From: Bacteroidota bacterium
GTDB taxonomy: Bacteria > Bacteroidota > Bacteroidia > Flavobacteriales > Flavobacteriaceae
DNA: 64,000 bases
Reading direction: 5' to 3'
NCBI GenBank assembly: GCA_031431275.1
Contig: JANPDC010000156.1
Location: 28,345 to 92,344 of the forward strand
This document shows positions 1-9,998 of this stretch, in pieces. Numbering within the stretch: the first letter of the stretch is position 1; each line of letters starts with the position of its first letter. Made by a program: the position numbers and the translations under genes. Below the pieces are notes generated by a model that was not told the DNA's origin, searched no databases, and saw only the letters and a program-made list of their open reading frames with translations.

Positions 1-2
1 TA

Positions 3-1817
3 AATCGGTATGATAAAACAATCAATTCTAATGCTGATTCTGCTTTTTACTACATCAATAAAGCGACAAAATTGAGTACAGCATCAAAAAATGATTTTTT
101 ATTATCTCGTTGTTTTACAAAATTGGCCTTGTACTATAATTTAAAAAATGACTTAAAAAAAGATCGCGATTACGTTTTAAAATCATTAATTCTTTCGAAA
201 AAATGTAACAATTATAAAACATTATCTTTTTGTTACAATCATCTTGGAGTATTAGAAATGGATAAAGGAAGCTACAATTCCTCTTTGAAATATTTACTCT
301 ATTCTTTAGAAATTGCAACCAAACATAAATTACCAGAGAACAGTTGTTTTGCATTAAACAACTTGGGTAACCTTTATGATTTACAAAAAGATACTGTAAA
401 AGCTCTTGAGTATTTTAAATTAGATGAGAAAATCTCATTAGAAAACAAACTCGATAAAAACTTAATGTATGTTTATTCGAGTTTAGCACTTCTACAAAAA
501 AATTCTAGGAAAAATGAAGCGATTAATTATTATAACAAATCACTCGTTTTAGCAAAAAAATTAAAAGATGAGAATCAACAATTTTCGATTCTTATTAATC
601 TTAGTGCTTTTTATTTGCACGAAAACAAGAGGGAATCCAATCAAAAAGCATTGGACTGTTTAAATCAAAGTAAATCTTTAGCTCTGAAACTAAAAAATTC
701 GATTAATCTTTTTTATGTCTATTTCAATATTGGCGGTTATTACAGTAAAAATAAAAACTATGATTTAGCACTTGAGAATTATCAAAAAGCTTTAGACTTG
801 GCTCCAATGATTGGAGACAATGAGCAAGTATTAAATATTTATAAAACACTGAGCTACACGTACAAAGAAGACAAAGAATTTGAAAAAGCCTATTTTTTTC
901 AAGAAAAATTCCACAATTTACAAGATAGTATTTTTAGTGTTAGTAAAAACAATGCTTTTAACGAAATTCAAACCAAATACGAGGTTGAAAAAAAGAATTT
1001 AAAAATTAGTTTACTATTCAAAGAAAAACAAATCGAAAGTAATAAAAAACGAACTGTAATTTATGGAAGTATTGCTGTTTTACTTCCCATGTCGTTTCTG
1101 TTACTTTTTTATAAAAACCGAATAAAACTTCAAAAAATAATTCGTGAAAACGAAAACAAATTATTTGTTCAAGAAAAACAAAAATTACAACAAGAACAAG
1201 AAATAAAAAGAATTTTAGGGGTTGTTCAAGGACAAGACGAGGAGCGAAACCGAATTGCAAAAGAAATTCATGATGGTGTTGGTGGAACGCTTGCTGGAAT
1301 TAAATTAAATTTAACTCAAATAAATTCTAATATAAAAAATGAAAAGATACATGTAATTATTTCACAATTATCTTCATTGTTTCAAGAATTGCGCGCCATT
1401 TCTCATAATTTGAGTAGTAATTTTATAAAAGACAAAAAATTTACAAATTTACTATTTGAATTAAAAGAAGAATATGAATACCGAAAAGAGTTTGAAGTTG
1501 AACTGACAATTTATCCTGAGAATAGTTTTGAAACAATTCCTGAAAATACCAAACATCAGATTTATAGGATTGTTCAGGAATTATTGACCAATATTTCTAA
1601 ACATGCCAAGGCAAAAAAGGTTGCTTTGAATTTAACCGAACATACAGATTCTTTAAACATTATTATCGAAGATGATGGTATTGGTTTTGAATCTAATGTA
1701 CGTAAAGGAATTGGACTAAAAAATATTGAGGAACGATTAAAAACGATAAACGGAATATTTAATATTGAATCTAAAGTTGGTGAAGGAAGTTGTTTCATTA
1801 TTGATATCGAAAAATAA
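3..1817 (+). CDS. TPR-repeat sensor histidine kinase (NarL/LuxR-partner type), probably 5'-partial
   Basis: The frame is open from nt 3 to the TTG at 72, so the N-terminus likely lies upstream of the window. TPR-like repeats fill the N-terminal half, followed by one TM segment (VIYGSIAVLLPMSFLLLFY). H-box EIHDGVGGTLAGIKL. HATPase motifs ELLTNISKHA, EDDGIGF and GIGLKNI. Confidence 0.9.
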   Translation, partial: NRYDKTINSNADSAFYYINKATKLSTASKNDFLLSRCFTKLALYYNLKNDLKKDRDYVLKSLILSKKCNNYKTLSFCYNHLGVLEMDKGSYNSSLKYLLYSLEIATKHKLPENSCFALNNLGNLYDLQKDTVKALEYFKLDEKISLENKLDKNLMYVYSSLALLQKNSRKNEAINYYNKSLVLAKKLKDENQQFSILINLSAFYLHENKRESNQKALDCLNQSKSLALKLKNSINLFYVYFNIGGYYSKNKNYDLALENYQKALDLAPMIGDNEQVLNIYKTLSYTYKEDKEFEKAYFFQEKFHNLQDSIFSVSKNNAFNEIQTKYEVEKKNLKISLLFKEKQIESNKKRTVIYGSIAVLLPMSFLLLFYKNRIKLQKIIRENENKLFVQEKQKLQQEQEIKRILGVVQGQDEERNRIAKEIHDGVGGTLAGIKLNLTQINSNIKNEKIHVIISQLSSLFQELRAISHNLSSNFIKDKKFTNLLFELKEEYEYRKEFEVELTIYPENSFETIPENTKHQIYRIVQELLTNISKHAKAKKVALNLTEHTDSLNIIIEDDGIGFESNVRKGIGLKNIEERLKTINGIFNIESKVGEGSCFIIDIEK

Positions 1818-1824
1818 ATAAAAA

Positions 1825-2427
1825 ATGATAAAAATAGTTGTTGTTGACGATCATAAAATGTTTCTTGAAGGAATAGTTTCAGTACTTTCAAATGAGGCGA
1901 ATATCGAAATTTTATTTTCAGATAATAGTGCTATTTCTGCCCTAAAAAAATTAAAAAATAATCTACCCGATTTGATTATTACCGATATTTCTATGCCTGA
2001 AATGAACGGTTTAGAATTTATAAAAATTTTAAAAAATGACTTCCCCGAAATAAAAATACTGGTGTTGAGTATGTTTAAAAACCTAAACTCTTTTAAAGAC
2101 ATTAATGGTTTTTTACTTAAAGAAACTGATTCAGTAACCCTTATTAAAACGATACATGATATTGTGATTTTTAACAAAAAACAGTTTGAAGGCAGCGAAA
2201 ACAATTTAGATGTTTTAGATTTTAAAAAATCTATTTTAAGTAGTCGCGAAAAAGAAATAATTCAATTGATTGCTCAAGAATTGACTACTGATGAAATTGC
2301 TGAAAAATTATTTATCAGCAAACATACTATTGAGGCACATCGCAAAAACATTTTTATGAAGTTAAAGGTCAAAAACATTGGAGGCTTGGTTAACGTTGCT
2401 TTGAGGCTTGGTGTAATTATTCGATAA
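1825..2427 (+). CDS. Response regulator, LuxR/NarL (FixJ) family
   Basis: Receiver motifs VVDDH and ITDISMPEMNG. C-terminal LuxR HTH (SSREKEIIQLIAQELTTDEIAEKLFISKHTIEAHRKNIFMKL). Starts 8 nt after the kinase stop. Confidence 0.93.
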   Translation: MIKIVVVDDHKMFLEGIVSVLSNEANIEILFSDNSAISALKKLKNNLPDLIITDISMPEMNGLEFIKILKNDFPEIKILVLSMFKNLNSFKDINGFLLKETDSVTLIKTIHDIVIFNKKQFEGSENNLDVLDFKKSILSSREKEIIQLIAQELTTDEIAEKLFISKHTIEAHRKNIFMKLKVKNIGGLVNVALRLGVIIR

Positions 2428-2657
2428 GTTTATAATTTGAGTTTATCACAACTAAATAGTTTACTTTTTAAAATTTACTTTTTGATTTTAAAAGAATTGA
2501 AACATATTATAATATACTTGGTTTATTCTTTTTTCAAAGTATTCGCAAAAAAAATCTGAAAATTACTCAAAACGTGATAGTAATTTGGTTAAACCAAAAT
2601 TTCCGAAGTTGCGGTTTTAATTTAAAACATAAAATACTCTGATTGAATAAAAATCAT

Positions 2658-3830
2658 TTATTTGACTAATAAATCTTTAAATATTTTTTCAAAATGATTA
2701 ACATGGCTTATTAGAGAAAATGTATTTAAAACTCTTTCATATCCGTTTATTCCGAATGATTTTCTTAATTCTGTATTTTCAATAAGTTTTTGAATTGATT
2801 TTGATAACTCAATTTCATTATTTGGTTCAAACAAAAGCCCCGTTACTTCATCGATTACAATCTCTGTTGGTCCTCCATGATTTGATGCAATTACAGGTTT
2901 TTTTGCAAGCATTGCCTCTATAACTACCATCCCAAAAGGTTCTGGTTCTGTTGATGGAACAATTGCTATGTCAATTGAATTCCAAAATTTACTAATCTCT
3001 TTTTGAAAAGGAATAATAATAACTTTTTCTTCTAATTGATATTCTTTTATTTTATTTTTTAAATCGATTTCAAAATTTTCTTGATTTGGAGGTGCTGACC
3101 CTAGATAAACAAGTTTTATGTTTTTATTTGCTTTTGATAATATGTTAAACGAATTCAATAACAATTGTTGTCCCTTCCAACTGTTTATTCGTCCTACCAA
3201 AGCAATTATAATTTCATCTTTGTTAGATAAAAAAAAGTCTTTACGAACTTCTAATATTTCTTCCTGAGTGAACGTTTGAATATTATTTGTTTCTATTCCA
3301 TTCCAAACGGCTTCTGATTTTGATGCTAATTTTTTGTTGTCATGTATCCAAAAATTCATTGTTGCAATGGAATCATAGACAACTTTATGATTACAATTTA
3401 ATGAAAGTAATTTTTTAAAAGCAATATTAAAAACCTTTGGCTTTGCAATAATTTCTTGAACGTGCCATAAATGTTTTATTTTTCGTTTTTTAGCAAAAAT
3501 AATTCCAATTAATGCTGCTAAAGTATGTGAATAAACTAATCTAAAATTATATTCTTGATTTAATTTATCTAGTTTCCTGATGCCTTCTTTATATTCTCTA
3601 AAAAATTTAATTAGGTTACTTGGTGTAAACATTTTTCTGTACAACTTCAATACAGGTGCTATAACAACTTTGATATTGTTCTTTTCTAGTTCTATTTTCA
3701 AAGGACCTTCAAAAGGTAATACAATTACTGGTAAATACTTCGTTTTGTCTAACTTTGAAAGAAAGTATAGCATTGTTTTATCTGAACCATATAGTTCAGC
3801 AGATTGATGAATAAAAAGTATACTTTGCAT
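2658..3830 (-). CDS. Glycosyltransferase family 4 (GT-B)
   Basis: C-terminal GT1/GT4 signature PSTEPEPFGMVVIEAMLAKKPVIASNHGGPTEIV. Confidence 0.9.
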   Translation of the reverse strand: MQSILFIHQSAELYGSDKTMLYFLSKLDKTKYLPVIVLPFEGPLKIELEKNNIKVVIAPVLKLYRKMFTPSNLIKFFREYKEGIRKLDKLNQEYNFRLVYSHTLAALIGIIFAKKRKIKHLWHVQEIIAKPKVFNIAFKKLLSLNCNHKVVYDSIATMNFWIHDNKKLASKSEAVWNGIETNNIQTFTQEEILEVRKDFFLSNKDEIIIALVGRINSWKGQQLLLNSFNILSKANKNIKLVYLGSAPPNQENFEIDLKNKIKEYQLEEKVIIIPFQKEISKFWNSIDIAIVPSTEPEPFGMVVIEAMLAKKPVIASNHGGPTEIVIDEVTGLLFEPNNEIELSKSIQKLIENTELRKSFGINGYERVLNTFSLISHVNHFEKIFKDLLVK

Positions 3831-3831
3831 T

Positions 3832-4506
3832 TTAAATTTCCTTAATTAATTTTGCGGGTATTCCACCAATCAGTGAATTCTTTGGGTAAATTCCATTTAC
3901 AACAGCACCAGCGGCAACAATCGAATTATCTCCAACTTGGCAACCGTCAAGAAATGTTACTTTCGCACCAACCCAAATGTTATTTCCTATTTTTATACCT
4001 TTTGAATTAACTCCTTGTTCTCTAATTAGTTTTGTTTGATCTGAAAAATTGTGGTTTTCTGAGTGAAAACTCACATATGAACCCATTATGACATCATTAC
4101 CAATCTCTAAACCACCTGTAGCTCCAAAATGAGTAAAATCTCCAACTGCAGAATTATTTCCGATTCTTAATCCAACACCATAGGTTCCTAAATGACTTGT
4201 TGAAAGTAATTTAGAATATGATCCTATTTTAACTCCATCACCGAATATAATTTTATTTTTTGCATATCCGTCTATAATAGAATTACTTTCTATAGTAACA
4301 TTTTTTCCGAATTGAATGTTAGATTTGTTTGTGATAATACAATTTTTTCCAAGATAGATTTTTTTTCTTGTCAAAATCATTCCTCTTAATAACATAATAA
4401 GTCGATTAAATAATGTTTGATATAACAATTTGTCTGGTATTTCGGAATCAATTGAATAATTTTTTCCAGACTTTTCTAGTAACTTTTGAAATATACTTTT
4501 AATCAT
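3832..4506 (-). CDS. Hexapeptide-repeat (left-handed beta-helix) acyl/acetyltransferase
   Basis: Repeated [LIV]G-x4 hexapeptides (IGNNSAVGDFTHFGATGGLEIGNDVIMGSYV; IGNNIWVGAKVTFLDGCQVGDNSIVAAGAVV). Confidence 0.85.
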   Translation of the reverse strand: MIKSIFQKLLEKSGKNYSIDSEIPDKLLYQTLFNRLIMLLRGMILTRKKIYLGKNCIITNKSNIQFGKNVTIESNSIIDGYAKNKIIFGDGVKIGSYSKLLSTSHLGTYGVGLRIGNNSAVGDFTHFGATGGLEIGNDVIMGSYVSFHSENHNFSDQTKLIREQGVNSKGIKIGNNIWVGAKVTFLDGCQVGDNSIVAAGAVVNGIYPKNSLIGGIPAKLIKEI

Positions 4507-5746
4507 TTGATAAAATTATTTTAATATTAGTTTTTTCGTCAAAAAATAATAATGCCCCTAAAAGTATCATGAGTGCATCATTACTATTATTAATCCCTAC
4601 TGTTACCAATGTTGTTACTATATAACTTAGTCCAATAAAGGAGATGAAAATTGAAATAAAATTTTGATGCTGATATATTTTAGAATACAATTTGATTAGG
4701 AAAAATAAATAAAAAAATATTCCTATTATACCTGTTTTGTACAAAATATACAAGTAGCCATTGTGCAACTCCGAGATATATTTCATTCCTTTTATATCAT
4801 CTTTTGAAAGTGGTGCGTATAGTTTTAGATTAACTAAGGACCCGTAGCCACAACCAAATATATAAGATACAGGTTTTTCATTTAATAATGCCACTGCTCT
4901 ACTTGCTTCATAACCTCTCCAATGATCCCAAAGATCTGCGTGGTTTTCTCTATCAACTTTTGATTTAAAAACTTCAGCCGGTGCATTTTTTAGTTTATAT
5001 AAAAATGATTCAACTCCACCTTTATTTCTATTTATGTTTATGGAAAATAGAAATATGTAAAAAAGAATTGTGAAACTCAATAAAGCAGAAATGACTTTTA
5101 TCGTTTTTATTGTAATTGTAGTATATCCATAAATTGTTAGTAACGCAATAAATGTCATGATAAACATTGTTCTTGAAAAATACAAAACACTTGAAATGAT
5201 GATGGTAAATAAAAGAATACGCCGCAAAAGCGTATTTTGAAATAAGTTTTCTTTTTCAAATTTTTTGTAAAATAATAAAAACAATACCGCCATTAATTCA
5301 ATAAAATTATCTGTTCCTTGTGATCTTAAATCAGCAACATTATAAATTTTTTGGATAGAAAGAATCAATAAGAAATGTACAATTGATGATAGAAAACCTG
5401 TTATTACAATTGTTTTTACAAATAACTTTAAATTATTTATTTTCTTGTAAAAAAAATAACCTAAAATAAAACCAAAAATTGTTTTAATAAAATTTAAAAT
5501 ATCTTTGTTAATATTATAAAATTGGTATCTGTAAATAATCATTCCTAAAAGACCAATTGCAAATAAATAAATTATTGGTACGATTGTTTTTAAAAAACGT
5601 AATGAAATTGTATTTCTCTCTAAAATAAAAAAAATTGAGAGTACAAATAGTTGAATAAAAATTGTGATTTTAAATGTAAAATATAATTGAGTGAATATTA
5701 CAATCACAAAAAGTATTGTGTAGAATTTGATAGCATTAATTTTCAT
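4499..5746 (-). CDS. wzy: O-antigen polymerase / O-antigen-ligase-family membrane protein (Wzy-like)
   Basis: About 10 hydrophobic helices with a large loop (NRNKGGVESFLYKL...RENHADLWDHWRGYEASRA). Lies inside the polysaccharide locus next to wzx-like and GT genes. Confidence 0.7.
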   Translation of the reverse strand: MKINAIKFYTILFVIVIFTQLYFTFKITIFIQLFVLSIFFILERNTISLRFLKTIVPIIYLFAIGLLGMIIYRYQFYNINKDILNFIKTIFGFILGYFFYKKINNLKLFVKTIVITGFLSSIVHFLLILSIQKIYNVADLRSQGTDNFIELMAVLFLLFYKKFEKENLFQNTLLRRILLFTIIISSVLYFSRTMFIMTFIALLTIYGYTTITIKTIKVISALLSFTILFYIFLFSININRNKGGVESFLYKLKNAPAEVFKSKVDRENHADLWDHWRGYEASRAVALLNEKPVSYIFGCGYGSLVNLKLYAPLSKDDIKGMKYISELHNGYLYILYKTGIIGIFFYLFFLIKLYSKIYQHQNFISIFISFIGLSYIVTTLVTVGINNSNDALMILLGALLFFDEKTNIKIILSND

Positions 5747-5757
5747 TTATAATTGAA

Positions 5758-6534
5758 TTACATTCTACCTAAGATTGCATGAGTAATTTTATTTTTGAAT
5801 ATCCTTATAAATGAAAAATAGTATTCAAAATAACACTGTAATCTAGAATTTCTTTGATGATTTAATTGAATCTTTAATGTTTCTTTAAAAACTTTCTTTA
5901 CGTTGTTATTACTAATTCCAGTATTTAGCATTCTTGCAGTTACCTCATTTATGTAAAGACTTTTGATATCAAGTCCACATTTTAAAAAGAAATCATAATC
6001 AGCCACTATTTTATAACTAGTATTAAAATTACCATGTTTCTCAAAAAGTTCTTTTTTATGAAATGATCCAACATGGGCAATATTCATGTATCGATTCATT
6101 TGATTATATTCGTATGGCTTGCCAATTATCATCAATATATTTCCATCTGAATTGATGTACTCCACTTTACTTGATACATAATTAATATTTGGATATTTAC
6201 TAATTTCTTTGTTATATGTATCTAATGCACTTGGATAATAGGTGTCATCAGAACCCAAAAAGGAAATCCATGAAGAATTTACTTTTTTTAGAGCTTTGTT
6301 CCAAGCATCATAAATTCCTGAATCTTTTTCGGTTGACCAAATATAGGGTATATTTGAATCTATAAATCTTTTTTCGTTACTTTTAATTATGTCAATTGTA
6401 TTGTCATTGGAAAGTCCATCTACTAAAATAACTTCAAAATTTTTATATGTTTGTAACAATAAAGAATCTAATGTTGCTTGTAATGTTTTACCAGAATTAA
6501 ATGTAGCAATAATAATTGATTGTGTTACAGTCAT
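5758..6534 (-). CDS. Glycosyltransferase family 2 (GT-A)
   Basis: N-terminus IIIATFNSGKTLQATLDSLLLQTY...VDGLSNDNT, and the acidic motif GSDD. Confidence 0.88.
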   Translation of the reverse strand: MTVTQSIIIATFNSGKTLQATLDSLLLQTYKNFEVILVDGLSNDNTIDIIKSNEKRFIDSNIPYIWSTEKDSGIYDAWNKALKKVNSSWISFLGSDDTYYPSALDTYNKEISKYPNINYVSSKVEYINSDGNILMIIGKPYEYNQMNRYMNIAHVGSFHKKELFEKHGNFNTSYKIVADYDFFLKCGLDIKSLYINEVTARMLNTGISNNNVKKVFKETLKIQLNHQRNSRLQCYFEYYFSFIRIFKNKITHAILGRM

Positions 6535-6550
6535 TTGAATATATCTCTTA

Positions 6551-7315
6551 TTAAAGATTTTTGCTAATAAATGTTTTATACATAAAATTCAATGCCTTGT
6601 AAAGTATTCCTGTCTTTTTTAAATGATAGTTTATATAATATTTTGAAAGTTTTAATTTTGAATTAAATCCTAAATTGAGTTTTTTGTTTATGAAAAACAA
6701 ATCACATTTCCATATAAACAGAAACACAAATCCTTTGGATTTCATGTAATTTATGACTTTTTGTGGCTCACAATTATCTTCTATTGAAAGAGTTGAAAAA
6801 TAATTTTCATCAAAATTTATTGTTTTTAAAATTTCGAATTCTCCACCTTCTGTATCAATACTGCAATAATCTATTTTATTGATTTTATTTTCTTTTAATA
6901 TATCGTCCAAAACATACGTTTGGACTGGAATTGACTCTGATGCGCTATCTTTTTGATTTTTTAATTCATCTTCGATTCGAAAGAGTTGTTCTTCGTTAAA
7001 GAAATCAGAAAAACCACTCAACATTTCTAACTCTTGATTTCCAGAAAAACGTTTGTAAGTTAATGTAGAATTTTTAACGCTTACTCCACCATTTACCAAT
7101 ATGGAATTTCGGGCTTTAGATAAATCTTTGAAAATTATTGGGTTTGGTTCAAAACAAACTCCTGTCCAGCCATTAGATTTTTCAAAAAAATTTGAATTTG
7201 AATATGTTATTCCATCATATGCTCCGATATCAACGAAAACACCTCCTTTTTTATTCTCTAAAATTATATTAATGATTTCGTCTTGATTAAATTGCGAAAA
7301 AAATATTTGTGACAT
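6551..7315 (-). CDS. FkbM-family SAM-dependent methyltransferase
   Basis: VFVDIGAYDGITYSNSNFFE...GVCFEPNP, typical of FkbM. Confidence 0.8.
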   Translation of the reverse strand: MSQIFFSQFNQDEIINIILENKKGGVFVDIGAYDGITYSNSNFFEKSNGWTGVCFEPNPIIFKDLSKARNSILVNGGVSVKNSTLTYKRFSGNQELEMLSGFSDFFNEEQLFRIEDELKNQKDSASESIPVQTYVLDDILKENKINKIDYCSIDTEGGEFEILKTINFDENYFSTLSIEDNCEPQKVINYMKSKGFVFLFIWKCDLFFINKKLNLGFNSKLKLSKYYINYHLKKTGILYKALNFMYKTFISKNL

Positions 7316-7357
7316 GAAATATGGTTTAATTCTATAATAAAATATTTAAAGTAAAGT

Positions 7358-8047
7358 TTACTGTCTAAAGAAAATAGCATCTATTTCAAATAGTTGACCT
7401 GTCTTTTCGTCTTCAAAACCTTCCTCTACAGAAAATAATGTAAACCCAGAATCTTCTAAAATTTTATAAATTTCCTTAAACCCTGGAGCTCCGTCATAGG
7501 ACGGTTTTATAGCTAGTTCTATTTGAATTCCTTTAATTTTTTTTAATGACTCTTGTGCTCCATTCAAAATATTTTTCTCGTAACCTTGTGTATCTAACTT
7601 GAGAAAAACTACATCGTTTGAATCACAAATAGAATCAAAAATACTATCTAAAACTTTTATTTCAACCTTTTCTTCACTAATATATTCTGTATATTTGGCA
7701 CTTTCATCTAAATGTTTTGCTCTTGAAAAAAAAGAACTTGAAGCCAGATTTTTTGAAATGTTTATAGTTTTTGTTTCGTTTTTATCACCAAGTGCAAAGT
7801 TTTTGAAACTACATTTAGAGTCGGCATTTAAGTTTTTTTTCAAAACTTCAAAAACGCTACTTATTGGTTCAAAAACAACAATTTGTCCTTCGAATTTTAT
7901 TTTCCTCAGTTCAGTTGCATATTGCCCAGTATTTGCTCCAACATCTAAAATTTTTGTAATTCCAAAATGACTTAATAATTTTTTTCTCCTCTTTAAAGGT
8001 TTATTCAGTTTATCTTTAATTTTGTTTTTTATAAACTTAATTATCAT
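7358..8047 (-). CDS. FkbM-family SAM-dependent methyltransferase (second copy)
   Basis: ILDVGANTGQYATELRK...VVFEPISSVFEVLKKN and FLKLDTQGYE. Confidence 0.8.
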   Translation of the reverse strand: MIIKFIKNKIKDKLNKPLKRRKKLLSHFGITKILDVGANTGQYATELRKIKFEGQIVVFEPISSVFEVLKKNLNADSKCSFKNFALGDKNETKTINISKNLASSSFFSRAKHLDESAKYTEYISEEKVEIKVLDSIFDSICDSNDVVFLKLDTQGYEKNILNGAQESLKKIKGIQIELAIKPSYDGAPGFKEIYKILEDSGFTLFSVEEGFEDEKTGQLFEIDAIFFRQ

Positions 8048-9344
8048 TGTTATTCTTTATTTTTTTATTTATTATATTAAATGTTTGAATTGGAAGTACA
8101 ATTGTTGTTGGTAAAATACTTATACAAGTACCTACTACTATTCCTGAAATACCAAAATCAAATTTAATTAGTAAAAGACATATTGGAATATTAATTACTG
8201 CTCCTAATATTGTAAGGTACAAAGTTACATTTATTTTGTTGATTCCATTCAAAAAATAATTATACATAGCAGTAAAGGCTCTCATTGTTACATAAAGAGA
8301 AATTGATATTAAAAGAGATATAGAAATTTCTATTTTAACATTAACCCATAAATAAATTATTTCATCAATAATTAAAGTCAAAATTACTATTCCAGTTATA
8401 AACACAATGAATGAGATATTATAAATTACCAATGTTTTTTTTATCCACAAGTATTTTTTTTCTACATAAGTTTTAGAAAAAATAGCCCAAAATGGTGATA
8501 ATCCTGCAATTACTAATAACATTGGGGTCTGAAAAATTTTTAGGACAATATCATAATTCGCAACTTCTTTTGTTCCAAAATATTTAGTTATTAATAAGTA
8601 ATCCGTTGAATAAATTATAATCATACAAGCCTGAATTATAAAATATTTAAGCCCTAATTTTGCATTTGTTTTCAATATATCTAAATCAAAATATTTGAAA
8701 GAAATTTTTATGTTTTTAGTTTTAGTAAAAAAATAGACCGTAAATATTAATCCAATCAAGAGGTTTGTTAACCCAAAAACATAGGAAATAATTGTAATCT
8801 TGTAAATGTTTTCAAATAAATCGAATTTTAATACTATATAAATAGAACAAAAAACAAATATCTGAATTATCATCATTGAAAATTCTACAATATGAGTTTT
8901 TAAAGTCCCTGCATACAAAGACTTATAATTTCCTATTATTAAAATTAAAGATGAAAAAAATAAATTCAAAAATAAAATAGCATTAAAATTGCTACTATTT
9001 ATGTTAAGAAAATTACCAAATGACAGAAACAGTTGTAAAATTGAATATAATAATAAAATAGTTAGTGATACTAAACCAAGACCAATATAGACTGTTGATA
9101 TTAAAGTACTTTTTTGGTTATCATTGTCTTGAAGTAACGTAGGCAATTTTGTTTTTATTACATTTGAAAATCCAAAATCTAAAAAATAAACCCAAGAAAT
9201 AATAGAATATATGGTAACCCAAATACCATAGTCACTATTTTCAAGATACTTAAATGTTATTGATGTGGTTAAAAACACCATAATCATTGAAATAAGTTTG
9301 AAAATAAGACTATAAATTAATTGCGAATGTACTTTTGTTTTCAA
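8037..9344 (-). CDS. wzx: Polysaccharide flippase (Wzx / MOP superfamily)
   Basis: 435 aa with about 12 TM helices. Locus context; overlaps the downstream methyltransferase gene by 11 nt. Confidence 0.8.
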   Translation of the reverse strand: MKTKVHSQLIYSLIFKLISMIMVFLTTSITFKYLENSDYGIWVTIYSIISWVYFLDFGFSNVIKTKLPTLLQDNDNQKSTLISTVYIGLGLVSLTILLLYSILQLFLSFGNFLNINSSNFNAILFLNLFFSSLILIIGNYKSLYAGTLKTHIVEFSMMIIQIFVFCSIYIVLKFDLFENIYKITIISYVFGLTNLLIGLIFTVYFFTKTKNIKISFKYFDLDILKTNAKLGLKYFIIQACMIIIYSTDYLLITKYFGTKEVANYDIVLKIFQTPMLLVIAGLSPFWAIFSKTYVEKKYLWIKKTLVIYNISFIVFITGIVILTLIIDEIIYLWVNVKIEISISLLISISLYVTMRAFTAMYNYFLNGINKINVTLYLTILGAVINIPICLLLIKFDFGISGIVVGTCISILPTTIVLPIQTFNIINKKIKNNNDN

Positions 9345-9361
9345 TTTATGAATAATCTATA

Positions 9362-9395
9362 ACAAAAAAAACAAATCTAATAGATTTGTTTTTTA
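9362..9395 (-). terminator. Rho-independent terminator after the lipoprotein gene; separates two transcription units of the polysaccharide locus
   Basis: Hairpin acaaatct-aat-agatttgt (9371-9389), flanked by an A-run and a T-run. Confidence 0.6.
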
Positions 9396-9413
9396 ATATG
9401 GGTGTTTTGAAAA

Positions 9414-9941
9414 TTAACCTTTTGTTATTATTTCTTTCAATTTACTTGTCAAAGCAACTTGAGGATAAAGAATTGGACCAGATTCTTGATCTTTTTTTAA
9501 TCTTTCTAAAGTAGATGTTCCTGGGGCAATTTTAGTATTCGCTTCCATTGGATAAAAATATTGTAAAATCGAAACACCACTTACTTCAAAATTTTTGGCA
9601 AAGTAATTAATTTTGAATGTTTTTAATTCTACATTTGATTGTTCTAAATTTTTTCCTGAACCAAAATCAACTCTAACATGTGTTGGAACAGCATCTTCTG
9701 GTAATTCAAAAACAACGCTTTGAACTGCATCACTTCCCTTTACTGTTGCCCAAACTGTACTTTTTTCATCAAAGTTTAAAGTTCCGTCTTGAGTGAAGTA
9801 TAGGTGCATTTTATCATCTTTTTTAACAATTAATTCAAAAGATATTTTTACTGTGTTCTTTTCTTTAACAGGTTCAACTGTTTTTTCGTTTTTACAACCA
9901 AATAATAAAACTGAAAGAAACAAGATACAAAAATTTTTCAT
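9414..9941 (-). CDS. Lipoprotein of unknown function
   Basis: Signal peptide with lipobox (LSVLLFGC). Confidence 0.6.
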   Translation of the reverse strand: MKNFCILFLSVLLFGCKNEKTVEPVKEKNTVKISFELIVKKDDKMHLYFTQDGTLNFDEKSTVWATVKGSDAVQSVVFELPEDAVPTHVRVDFGSGKNLEQSNVELKTFKINYFAKNFEVSGVSILQYFYPMEANTKIAPGTSTLERLKKDQESGPILYPQVALTSKLKEIITKG

Positions 9942-9998
9942 TTTTAAAATATTTATTTTTAATTTTGTGCAAAGATAGTTTTTTTTATAAAACCAATA

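Noticed and set aside
2428-2657. 230-bp convergent gap after the response regulator, considered as a possible ncRNA or terminator
   Set aside because: I could find no convincing hairpin, repeat or conserved-looking structure by eye.
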